Notes under the pieces: model-generated
Seen by the model: the letters and a program-made list of their open reading frames with translations, nothing else
What the model was told of the DNA's origin: nothing
Database searches by the model: none
Translations under genes and position numbers: made by a program
In this document: positions 29,910-38,771 of the stretch, one piece after another
How the letters are laid out: the number at the start of each line of letters is the position of its first letter
Position numbering within the stretch: position 1 is the first letter of the stretch
IMG/VR virus record: IMGVR_UViG_3300021431_000003
Location: 64,001 to 128,000 of that record
Strand: one strand, 5' to 3'
DNA from: a virus
Taxonomy: Duplodnaviria; Caudoviricetes
DNA: 64,000 bases

Positions 29910-31937
29910 TTAGATAGCGTCAATATCGAAATCATTCTTACCGATGCTGCGTACACCATCACCACGACCAGTCGGGTCATTGTTGAAGCTGTAGTCAGTA
30001 CCATAGTTGCGGAGACCAGTAGGATTCAGGATGCGGATACGTCCCTGAACTGGCTGATATTCCTTAGCAATCCAACGCTCAAACGCATGTACTGCAGGAA
30101 GAGCAGGGTTGGTAATATTTCTGATTTCGTTAGAGAGATACATCTGATAATCATAGATTCTGTAGATGAAACGCTCAGAGTTTCTTGGGCAGAGGATAAT
30201 CATCAGGTTGTTGCTATCACGAAGCTTATCAGAACTAATGAACTGATACGTTCTCTTATCAGAAGTAACAACAGTCTTTACAAAGTCAAGCTCAACAGGA
30301 CCGATGCTAGAAGGAGACTGATAAGTATAATCGGTAGGAGTAATCTTACGGATAAGATCATCACGACCAATGATGTTGAACGTAACGTTCGGATCATTTA
30401 GAACATGGAGAAGCTGAGTAGCATGAGTATCAAGACTATCCATGAAGGTCTTGTATCTCCACTCGATTGGGTCGAGTGCATAGTTCTGAGATGGAGCGAA
30501 GTCAAACTGACGTGCAATCTTAGAATCTGCAGGCATATTGAGGAAGGACTCATCGAGGAATCTACGAATGAGGTCATCCTTATAGTTAGCCAGAGAAATC
30601 TTCATCAGAGACATAACCTTAGTAAGCTGGTTAATCTGATAGAGTGCAGCGATGTCCTTAACTTCCTCAGGAGAGATAGTTACATTAATCGGGATACGGT
30701 TAGGAATCTCGATAATGTCAGTACGAACGCTCCAAGAAACGCTAGGAGTCTTGAGCATTGCAGAAGAAGTATCAAGACGAGAAGTAAGCAGAACACCAAG
30801 AACGTTCTGGTTAGAAGTGGTGATACCGAATCTGTTATCCTTAGAGAAACCAGATACGAAACCAACAGTTCTGTATTGACCAGGAATTGCATTCTCAGAA
30901 GTAGTATTGTCAATAACTACAGTAGAACCATCTGCTAAAGTAACAGTAAGTGCCCAAGTATCTGCAAGAGTACCAGCAGCAACAGAAGTTACCATAGGAA
31001 GTGCAAACTGCTCACAAATCTGACGGTCATAAGTACCGTATGCAGGAACGAAATTACCCTTCCAATCAAATACAGCACCGATAACAGTCTGAGTTACAGT
31101 AGCATCAACAGTAGGAAGCTGAGCTGCAAGGTCAGAAGGAGTCTGAGTAGGAAGAACGTATGCAGTCGTAGTAGTATTAGTATACTTTACAGTAACATAC
31201 GTAACAGTTGCAGGAGTAGTAGCTGCATCGGACTGCTCAACAACGATGTTAACAGTCTGACCAGGATATACAACTCGATTGCCTACGAGACCAGAGATAT
31301 AGGACTCGATAGAAAGATTGGTGTTGTGGTCGGCAGGAACACCAAACAGAGTCTCGATAATATTAGTGTTCTCAGCTTCAGGAAGTGGGAGATAAAGAGA
31401 CTTAAGTGGTGCAGCCTTCTCGATTGCATCAGTCATCTTATATTGCTCTCTCCACATATCAATCTTCTCACCAGTCTCAGGATCAATGAGCCAACGAGTC
31501 TCCATAGATACAGTGAACTTAGGAGAAGTAGCTACGAGCTTAGGAATAGCACCCTTATCAAAGATATTGTTAAGCATGATATTCTTATGGATTGGGAAAG
31601 TCATACCGATAACAGGGTTAAACTGACCCATACCAGAATGCTCAAGAACAGCTTCCTTATCATTCTCATAAAGCTGCTCCATCATAAGGATGTGATCTTC
31701 ATACTCCTCTGCAGTCATACCCTTAGGATCTGCAGAATTTTCGATGAAGAAATTCTTCATTGCGGAATCAGTAATATCTCTTCTAAAAACCTTAGAAGGT
31801 TCAGTATAAATGTCAAGTCTACCCTCTTCCAAAATAGAATTGGAGAGGTTCAGGAACTCTTTCGCCATACCAGCCATAGGGTCATGTGCATAACCGTTAG
31901 AGCCAGGCTTGCGAATAGCTTCACCAACTACTGGCAT
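29910..31937 (-). CDS. Major capsid protein precursor (probable)
   Basis: 675 aa, strong high-expression codon bias, own late promoter (32039-32050), strong RBS and terminator, E-rich propeptide-like N-terminus; resembles AR9-type capsid proteins from memory. Confidence 0.7.
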   Translation of the reverse strand: MPVVGEAIRKPGSNGYAHDPMAGMAKEFLNLSNSILEEGRLDIYTEPSKVFRRDITDSAMKNFFIENSADPKGMTAEEYEDHILMMEQLYENDKEAVLEHSGMGQFNPVIGMTFPIHKNIMLNNIFDKGAIPKLVATSPKFTVSMETRWLIDPETGEKIDMWREQYKMTDAIEKAAPLKSLYLPLPEAENTNIIETLFGVPADHNTNLSIESYISGLVGNRVVYPGQTVNIVVEQSDAATTPATVTYVTVKYTNTTTTAYVLPTQTPSDLAAQLPTVDATVTQTVIGAVFDWKGNFVPAYGTYDRQICEQFALPMVTSVAAGTLADTWALTVTLADGSTVVIDNTTSENAIPGQYRTVGFVSGFSKDNRFGITTSNQNVLGVLLTSRLDTSSAMLKTPSVSWSVRTDIIEIPNRIPINVTISPEEVKDIAALYQINQLTKVMSLMKISLANYKDDLIRRFLDESFLNMPADSKIARQFDFAPSQNYALDPIEWRYKTFMDSLDTHATQLLHVLNDPNVTFNIIGRDDLIRKITPTDYTYQSPSSIGPVELDFVKTVVTSDKRTYQFISSDKLRDSNNLMIILCPRNSERFIYRIYDYQMYLSNEIRNITNPALPAVHAFERWIAKEYQPVQGRIRILNPTGLRNYGTDYSFNNDPTGRGDGVRSIGKNDFDIDAI

Positions 31938-32038
31938 ATTTGTATCCTCCTTTATTGTTAATTTTATAAATTGATTTAGATAGGTATTGCTGTTATTGGT
32001 AATAGAAGGTAATACAACATTTATTACCTTACTATTTT

Positions 32039-32050
32039 TATTATATTGTT
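32039..32050 (-). promoter_or_regulatory. Late-type promoter
   Basis: AACAatataaTAa. Confidence 0.7.
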
Positions 32051-32069
32051 AGAATTATCTGTGATGAAA

Positions 32070-33110
32070 TTAGAATAGGTCATTATAATCGCTAGATATA
32101 TTAGTAGATTCTTCTTGATAATCAGACATACTACTATCCGATACATCAAGCGATTGAACTTGGTTTGTATCATCGGGTTCTACAGGTACACCCTTTTCAT
32201 CTTCTTCATTTTCTTCTTCTTTTTCAGCGTTACTTTTTCCACCATTTACGTTAGGAATATTATCAATGATATCAGCAATAGCATTTAAAGTAGCAATACA
32301 TTGCTGATAGATAATATTATTCTCAATATAAGTTCTAGTAGAGTATGCAACAGTGATATTATAGTCAATCATTTCTCTAAGTTCAAGTAACTTCTCTGTT
32401 ACAAACTTAAGAATATTAATATTATCATTAGATTTAGGAATGTCATTAATACGAACAAGTGTAGAACCGATAATAGAATATACTTCAATAAACTGATTCT
32501 TTAACTCATGATTCTTAATAGCAATTTGTTCAGGAGTAAGAGAAGAGAATAATTCATCTTCAATTTTATTTAAATCATAATCTTCTCCATCTTCAGAGCC
32601 TTCTTCACTAGTGTCATCAGTAGTTTCTTCACTACCTTCTTCACCAGTATCATCTCCACCTTCTCCTCCATCGCTGTCGTCCATGAAGTTATCAGATTCA
32701 CCAGCACCTACATCATCTGTATCATCACCAGAACCATCGTCTGTGTCAGTATCATCTCCACCTTCTCCGTCATCCATGAAATTATCGGATTCACCAGCAC
32801 CTACATCATCTGTATCATCAGTAGTTGTAGTGGTATCATCTCCATCACTAGAATCATCATCCATGAAATTATCGGATTCACCAGCACCTACGTCATCTAC
32901 ATCATCAGTAGTATCATCTGCTGGAGGTGTAGTATCGCCAGCATTATCATCTGGAGCTGGAGTAGAAGAATCATCATTAGTACTTCCAGAATCATCCATG
33001 AAATTGTCGTTATCATCATCGTCGTTTTCGTTGTCAATTTGTTGACCACCGACATTGATTTCATTAACAACAGAACGCATCAGATTTCTATACTTATCTC
33101 TGTAATCCAT
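32070..33110 (-). CDS. Highly acidic repeat protein (possible scaffold/internal head protein)
   Basis: DDVGAGESDNFMDD x3, Asp/Glu-rich, helical C-domain; upstream of capsid gene. Confidence 0.75.
   Translation of the reverse strand: MDYRDKYRNLMRSVVNEINVGGQQIDNENDDDDNDNFMDDSGSTNDDSSTPAPDDNAGDTTPPADDTTDDVDDVGAGESDNFMDDDSSDGDDTTTTTDDTDDVGAGESDNFMDDGEGGDDTDTDDGSGDDTDDVGAGESDNFMDDSDGGEGGDDTGEEGSEETTDDTSEEGSEDGEDYDLNKIEDELFSSLTPEQIAIKNHELKNQFIEVYSIIGSTLVRINDIPKSNDNINILKFVTEKLLELREMIDYNITVAYSTRTYIENNIIYQQCIATLNAIADIIDNIPNVNGGKSNAEKEEENEEDEKGVPVEPDDTNQVQSLDVSDSSMSDYQEESTNISSDYNDLF
32675..33015 (-). repeat. Coding repeat DDVGAGESDNFMDD
   Basis: Three near-identical copies of TCCATGAARTTATCRGATTCACCAGCACCTAC plus a partial fourth. 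Confidence 0.85.
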
Positions 33111-33124
33111 ATACTCACCTCCAA

Positions 33125-35731
33125 TTACTCATCTTTATCAAGTTTCTTACCAATCTTATCTGGCATATCATATTGTTTCTTTCCTTTAAATACATAATTC
33201 TTGTTATAAAGAATTCTAGCACGTTGTCTTTCAAGGTCACGTTTAGTCTTCATGATTTCTCTTACTGCAGTTAAATCTTCTTTATCTTCTGCAATCTTAA
33301 GATACTTATCACACATCTTAATCTCAATATCAATATCATCAAGAATTAAATTACGTTCTTTTTCATTAATAACTTTAGAGCATCCAATAAAACCAATAAG
33401 TCCAATTACTGCAAGTACTGGATTAATTAGATATGCTGCACCAGATGCAAGAGCAATATGAATACATTTAGATGCAGATGGTAAGAAAGACCCTCTGATA
33501 ATACTCTCTCTACTATCACTAATCATAGCTCTCTTGGCAGCCTTCATAGTACGATTAAGTTCACTATCAAGCTTCATAGATAATTGTTTATCTTTATCTT
33601 TGAGCTTAAGAGCAGTACGTCTTAGATTTTCAGAAGCAATCTTAAGCTTACTGGTAAACGACATACCAGAACCTTCTTTAGCTTCATTAATAGCAGAATT
33701 CTTATATCTAGTAACAAGTTCAAGAGTATCATTCATAATATCATGTTTACACTTAAGCTGTTCATACATAATATCTATTGGAGGAATTGTGTCATCATTA
33801 TTTACATAAGTACCCTCTAATAGATTATCATATTTCATCTTTTCTACATCACTAATACATGTTCTAATAGCATCAGCTCTTTGAACAGCACCGAGATAAG
33901 AACCTGAATAAGAATGTCTAGAACATGCTAATTCATCCTCTAGAATATTTATATATCTAGGGCAATCAAATACTTCATTACAAAGTTTAACAGCTTCAGT
34001 AATATTATAAATATCCTCATTAGACATACTACTAATATTATTATTAATAGTAGACATCAGTTCAGCCTTAGTAAAGTCAAGTTGTTCATATAGAGTTGCA
34101 AGCATACCTACATATTTAACAGATTCTTCAAAATCAAAGTCCATATCAAAATCGAAATTAAAGTCATCATCATCCATAGATGCTTCGGCTTCTTTAGCCC
34201 ATTTCTCTTCCATACGCTTATCATTTTCTGCATCTGTATATAGGTCATTCTCTTTCATCTCAAGTGTATCTGTATCTTTCTTATACTGCTTATATAATGC
34301 AGTATACTTTTCTTTTTTCTTTTCATCTTCTGTTTCATCAGCAAGCTTTTTATACTTATCTCGTTCTTTAGCATATTGCTCAACAACCTTAGCCATTTGT
34401 TCTCTAGATATCTTCATCTTTAAGAATAGGTCTGTAATAAGAGTAATAACACCTAATACAGGATTTATAGCAGTAGCTCCTAATACGGCACCTAGTCTTA
34501 CAAATTGCATAATATCTGGAAGTTCTTGAATAATAGCTTCTGGTCGTTGTACAAAGATTCTATTAATAGCATCTTTAAACTTATTGATATCCTTTTTGTG
34601 TTCTTTCTTGAAGTCATGAATAATCTTTTTGATTTTCATTTTGTCAACTTCATCTTTTTCTTTATTAGTCTTAACTCTCTTTTCTTTCCACTTTAAGAAC
34701 ATGTCATGAATCTTATTTTCTTCAAGAGATTCTAAATCATCATTTTCTAAAGCTTCAATAATAGCACCTTCATCTACCAATAGATAAGATACAGGTTCGA
34801 TATCTTCTTCTGTAAAGAATTTAGCATTCTCAAGAATGTACTTCATATCATGAAGTCTTTCATCTGTAGATTCTTCCATCAAAAAATAATCAGTTACAGA
34901 TTCAATAATAAATGAATTCTTCACAGGAATACAGTTTTTAGTCATTAGATACATAATATTCTCTAATGCAATATTGTACTTAACTCCAAAAGGAATATCA
35001 TAGCTTTCAATAAGAGTACATATATCATATATACACTTTTGAAGAGATACTTCATTTAACGGACATTTACGAACTCTAGATTCAAGATTATATCTCTTAG
35101 ATAATTTAGCATGATTATTAAGAACTCTATCACATTGTTCATTAACCCAAGCTGCTTGAATGAATCTATTATAACACTCCTCAGCAACTTCTTCTTTATT
35201 ATCTTGAGATTGTTCTTCATCGTTACCAGAATTAGTATTCTTAACCTCTCCCATTTTACGACCATAAATATCACGTTTATATTTTCTGTGTGGATGTAAT
35301 GAGTTACCTAGATAACCACCATTAGCTTTAGCTCTTTGAACTGCAGTTTCATTATCTTTAGTATCATTAAGCATAGCAGTATGTCTATGCTTAATCCAAC
35401 CACGTTTATAATTATTTAATTGTCTTGTCTGTTTAGCATTACGTAATTTAGGAATAATCTTTCCCTCAATTAGACTAGCAGCATTTTCGATATTAGAATC
35501 TGTATCATTATCTACAATCATTCCAAATACTTCTAATACTTTAGTCAATGCTTCTTCTTCATTGTTTGATAAGGCTTGCCAATTTTCTAATACCATCTTA
35601 GCTTTATTATATGAGTAATTTTCAGATAGTGTCTCATATACATGCGATATATTGCAATTGATATTAGATACGTAAGAATCTGTAATTAGATTTCTTTGGC
35701 GAGCGATAATATCCTTATGTGTAAGATTCAT
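33125..35731 (-). CDS. Large virion (head) protein, hypothetical
   Basis: 868 aa, AAAAGGAGG RBS, AACT-N6-TA promoter (35763-35774), two similar hydrophobic segments (INPVLGVITLI / INPVLAVIGLI). Confidence 0.7.
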   Translation of the reverse strand: MNLTHKDIIARQRNLITDSYVSNINCNISHVYETLSENYSYNKAKMVLENWQALSNNEEEALTKVLEVFGMIVDNDTDSNIENAASLIEGKIIPKLRNAKQTRQLNNYKRGWIKHRHTAMLNDTKDNETAVQRAKANGGYLGNSLHPHRKYKRDIYGRKMGEVKNTNSGNDEEQSQDNKEEVAEECYNRFIQAAWVNEQCDRVLNNHAKLSKRYNLESRVRKCPLNEVSLQKCIYDICTLIESYDIPFGVKYNIALENIMYLMTKNCIPVKNSFIIESVTDYFLMEESTDERLHDMKYILENAKFFTEEDIEPVSYLLVDEGAIIEALENDDLESLEENKIHDMFLKWKEKRVKTNKEKDEVDKMKIKKIIHDFKKEHKKDINKFKDAINRIFVQRPEAIIQELPDIMQFVRLGAVLGATAINPVLGVITLITDLFLKMKISREQMAKVVEQYAKERDKYKKLADETEDEKKKEKYTALYKQYKKDTDTLEMKENDLYTDAENDKRMEEKWAKEAEASMDDDDFNFDFDMDFDFEESVKYVGMLATLYEQLDFTKAELMSTINNNISSMSNEDIYNITEAVKLCNEVFDCPRYINILEDELACSRHSYSGSYLGAVQRADAIRTCISDVEKMKYDNLLEGTYVNNDDTIPPIDIMYEQLKCKHDIMNDTLELVTRYKNSAINEAKEGSGMSFTSKLKIASENLRRTALKLKDKDKQLSMKLDSELNRTMKAAKRAMISDSRESIIRGSFLPSASKCIHIALASGAAYLINPVLAVIGLIGFIGCSKVINEKERNLILDDIDIEIKMCDKYLKIAEDKEDLTAVREIMKTKRDLERQRARILYNKNYVFKGKKQYDMPDKIGKKLDKDE

Positions 35732-35775
35732 ATTATATTGACCTCCTTTTCACAAGTGATTTTATATAAAAGTTC

Positions 35776-37077
35776 TTAATACACCCTGTTTGGGTCACTA
35801 GGAAGTACTTTATCAGATGTACCTCCATAGCTTTCTACTCTTAGACTATTTAAGTATTCTAGGTCAATATAAATTGCAATTGTAGATATTAATTTATCAG
35901 TAGGATTATCAGCATGTAATAGCATATCATCCCAATTAATATCAGTATCAAGTTTCATTCCACCACTATATAATTGTACATCAATGAATACAGATGGAGA
36001 AATAAACTTACTTACAAGATAATTAGAGATTTGAGATAACTCACCGTCGAAGAGTTCATTTAAATCAATGTCAATACTACCAGGTTTTTCTTCTTCCCAT
36101 TGTGCGTTAATAGTAAGCTTCCAACCTCTTGTATTGATTGGAGGTGGGTCATCATAATAATGCAGAGACATCATAAGAGTATTATCAATATTATATACTT
36201 CATCACCAAAAGTAATCTTTGTGAGTTCTTCTTTAGTAAAGTATACATATAATTGCATAGAAGGGAATCTTACTTCTACTTGCATTTCAATACCGAAGTC
36301 ATCTGATACATGACCGTATTTATTACCATCATCTTTAGTTACATCTTTAATTAAAAGACGCACTGGAATATGGTCTACTCTTACAAAGTATTCTTCACGA
36401 GCATTTACATTTGAACGTTTATACGTGATTGGAATATAAGAACGGCTATTTAAATAAGTAAGAAACTTAATAGGTTCTACAATTCTATCATCTTTAATTT
36501 CAAATCCTAAATCTCTTGCAATGAATAACATCATTGGATATGGTAATACATAATCTAAATCTACATCGTTAGATTCAGATAAGTTTGTTCTAAAAGCAAG
36601 CTTCATATATTTTTGAATATCGAGTTGCATTGCTCTAGATGGTACTTTAATTCTATAAGTGAAATTAAGAAGCATCATATCCATCTTCATTAAGATATAA
36701 CGCTGATTTATCGGGTCTTGAAAGAATGCCTTATCAATCTTAGTAGTATTAATAAACTGGTCGATACCAAATAAATTTTGGTCAAGTCTATCTCTATTAT
36801 AATCATCATCTATAGTAGGGATGATTGTTAGAGAAGCTTTATCGTCAGACGTATGAGACATAATAGTACCCTTATCTAATTTAGCTATTTCACCAAATAC
36901 ATGACTACCATCAGTATGAATCCAAGAAAAAAAGTCATCTTTAAACTTTTGTAAGAACCAATGTCTCATATATTCAATACATAACGCATAGCTTTGATGT
37001 AAAGGAGCAACAGTAATATTCTTATTAAGTTGCATTTCTCTCTTTACATCTTCCACACGTATTTCTCTATAAGCCAT
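35776..37077 (-). CDS. Hypothetical protein, probably virion structural
   Basis: 433 aa, AAAGGAGG RBS, within structural region. Confidence 0.65.
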   Translation of the reverse strand: MAYREIRVEDVKREMQLNKNITVAPLHQSYALCIEYMRHWFLQKFKDDFFSWIHTDGSHVFGEIAKLDKGTIMSHTSDDKASLTIIPTIDDDYNRDRLDQNLFGIDQFINTTKIDKAFFQDPINQRYILMKMDMMLLNFTYRIKVPSRAMQLDIQKYMKLAFRTNLSESNDVDLDYVLPYPMMLFIARDLGFEIKDDRIVEPIKFLTYLNSRSYIPITYKRSNVNAREEYFVRVDHIPVRLLIKDVTKDDGNKYGHVSDDFGIEMQVEVRFPSMQLYVYFTKEELTKITFGDEVYNIDNTLMMSLHYYDDPPPINTRGWKLTINAQWEEEKPGSIDIDLNELFDGELSQISNYLVSKFISPSVFIDVQLYSGGMKLDTDINWDDMLLHADNPTDKLISTIAIYIDLEYLNSLRVESYGGTSDKVLPSDPNRVY

Positions 37078-37097
37078 ACTATCCCTCCTTTACAAAA

Positions 37098-37125
37098 AAG
37101 AATGAGCCGTGATAGGCTCATTCTT
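37098..37125 (-). terminator. Intrinsic terminator
   Basis: AAGAATGAGCC-gtgata-GGCTCATTCTT. Confidence 0.75.
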
Positions 37126-37132
37126 TATTTTC

Positions 37133-37480
37133 TCATTCTGTAGTATCAGGTTCAGACAGAAGAATATAAGGCGAGGTGTGTTCCAAATATTTATAATAAT
37201 TAAGAACTCCACCCTGAAATGGTTCAGTCATTACATTCAACTGTTCATCAATCTTACTCCCTTCTGCCCTAAACCAGTAATATACTCGTCCTGGGATTCT
37301 ACTGCTAGTATCAACTGCAGCAACTACGACTGGGATAATTGCATAGAAATCTGATTCATTATCCACTAAACCAGTATCTAAGATAAAGCATTTATCTCCA
37401 ATCTTAAGATTTTTGGGTTCATCGCAGACATTCTTATTATTAAAGAAGTCCTGTGCAAGTGTTTCGATTCCATTTAACAT
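37133..37480 (-). CDS. Hypothetical protein
   Basis: Start moved to 37480 after GAAAGGA; early-type promoter TATATAATAAATATG at ~37520-37534. Confidence 0.7.
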   Translation of the reverse strand: MLNGIETLAQDFFNNKNVCDEPKNLKIGDKCFILDTGLVDNESDFYAIIPVVVAAVDTSSRIPGRVYYWFRAEGSKIDEQLNVMTEPFQGGVLNYYKYLEHTSPYILLSEPDTTE

Positions 37481-37537
37481 GATAAATCGTCCTTTCTTAT
37501 ATAAGATATGACTATTAGTCATATTTATTATATACAA

Positions 37538-38485
37538 TTAGAAACGATTTATCTGGTCTCCGATAACTACAACCTTCCAAGACTGACCAATATTAGTATT
37601 AGATGCAATACCAGTACCAAAGTCAATACTTGTATCATCTAACAATCCTCTATCTGGTCTTGGATAATTAGGAACTGGCATACCAGTAGATGTATCAATA
37701 ACATCAAACATCTTATCACCAGTATTAGGGTCATATACCACAACAGTTTCGATATTAGGATTATCTCCTAAAATCATACGATTCTGCTCTGGTGTGAGAT
37801 TACTCATGAAGTTATTAAAGTTCTGCTCTTCATTTGCTGGTACTGCATTCATACCAGACATAAGAGCACCCATATTACCAGCTACATTAGCAGAAGTATA
37901 CTGAAGTGCTGGATGTTGTGCTGCTCCGATAGGTGTATTAATATATGCATTATAAAGATCTGCAATATATTTATCATCATCTTGCTGATTTGCTGCAGCA
38001 GATTTAATGTCTTTAATTCTACGAATTTCAAGTTCATGGCACTTTGTCTTTACAGCGTTAATTTCCTTAATAGCAGAAATCTTAGAAGAGACAAGAGAAC
38101 TTGCTGTAGCACAAAGATCGGAGATATACTTGTACTTACCTTTTAAAGTCTTACTTCCTCTGATATGGTCAATCTCTCCTTTAACATCACCAGCAAGAAT
38201 ATCAAGCTGAGCGATAGATACTCTGAGCATATCATTAGTCTCTTCATATGTATCTTCGTATGGTTCATTAGTCTGACACAAAGGTAAACCAGAAGAATTA
38301 CTATTAGATTGAACTACTGTAACTTCTCCTCCATTTTGTTCAGACTTTCTAGGTCTTCCTCTTTTCCTTTTAGGTGGTTCTGCAATTGGATTTTCTACAA
38401 CGGGAGCAATTGCATTCTGAGTATCATTATCTTCTGGAATCTTAGCTCCTCTAGCTAAGACCTCCATATCTAAAAAGCTCTTCAT
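37538..38485 (-). CDS. AT-hook-containing protein
   Basis: PPKRKRGRPRKS (GRP core) then coiled coil; late promoter 38513-38524. Confidence 0.7.
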   Translation of the reverse strand: MKSFLDMEVLARGAKIPEDNDTQNAIAPVVENPIAEPPKRKRGRPRKSEQNGGEVTVVQSNSNSSGLPLCQTNEPYEDTYEETNDMLRVSIAQLDILAGDVKGEIDHIRGSKTLKGKYKYISDLCATASSLVSSKISAIKEINAVKTKCHELEIRRIKDIKSAAANQQDDDKYIADLYNAYINTPIGAAQHPALQYTSANVAGNMGALMSGMNAVPANEEQNFNNFMSNLTPEQNRMILGDNPNIETVVVYDPNTGDKMFDVIDTSTGMPVPNYPRPDRGLLDDTSIDFGTGIASNTNIGQSWKVVVIGDQINRF

Positions 38486-38564
38486 ATTGATTTCCTCCTT
38501 CTATGAGCATTTTATAGAAATGTTTTTGACATAAATGCTTAATAGGGTATGTTAACATTTAGAT

Positions 38565-38698
38565 AAGATGGTATTTAGGCCTCCATTTATACCATCTTAC
38601 GGTTGAAGGGCATGAATGATTTCCTCTTTGATGCATTGTTTATTCCTCTGAGAAGTCCTCCATGGTATCGGGGCCATGGAGGACAAACTTTATTTTTT
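38565..38698 (+). ncRNA. Candidate small RNA 2
   Basis: Late promoter 38554-38565, hairpin TAAGATGGTAT/ATACCATCTTA with CCTCC in the loop, terminator stem 38655-38684; no upstream + strand gene for it to terminate. Confidence 0.6.
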
Positions 38699-38709
38699 AT
38701 ACTAGAAGA

Positions 38710-38721
38710 AACAAATATATA
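38710..38721 (+). promoter_or_regulatory. Late-type promoter
   Basis: AACAaatataTAa upstream of the DNA polymerase N-terminal subunit. Confidence 0.65.
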
Positions 38722-38771
38722 AATGACTCAGATAACGTAATACGTAAGCTGAAGAATTGGAGGTTTTATAT

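Noticed and set aside
38340-38380. Eukaryotic nuclear localisation signal (PPKRKR)
   Set aside because: Context is a bacteriophage with Shine-Dalgarno-led operons; an AT-hook explains the motif better
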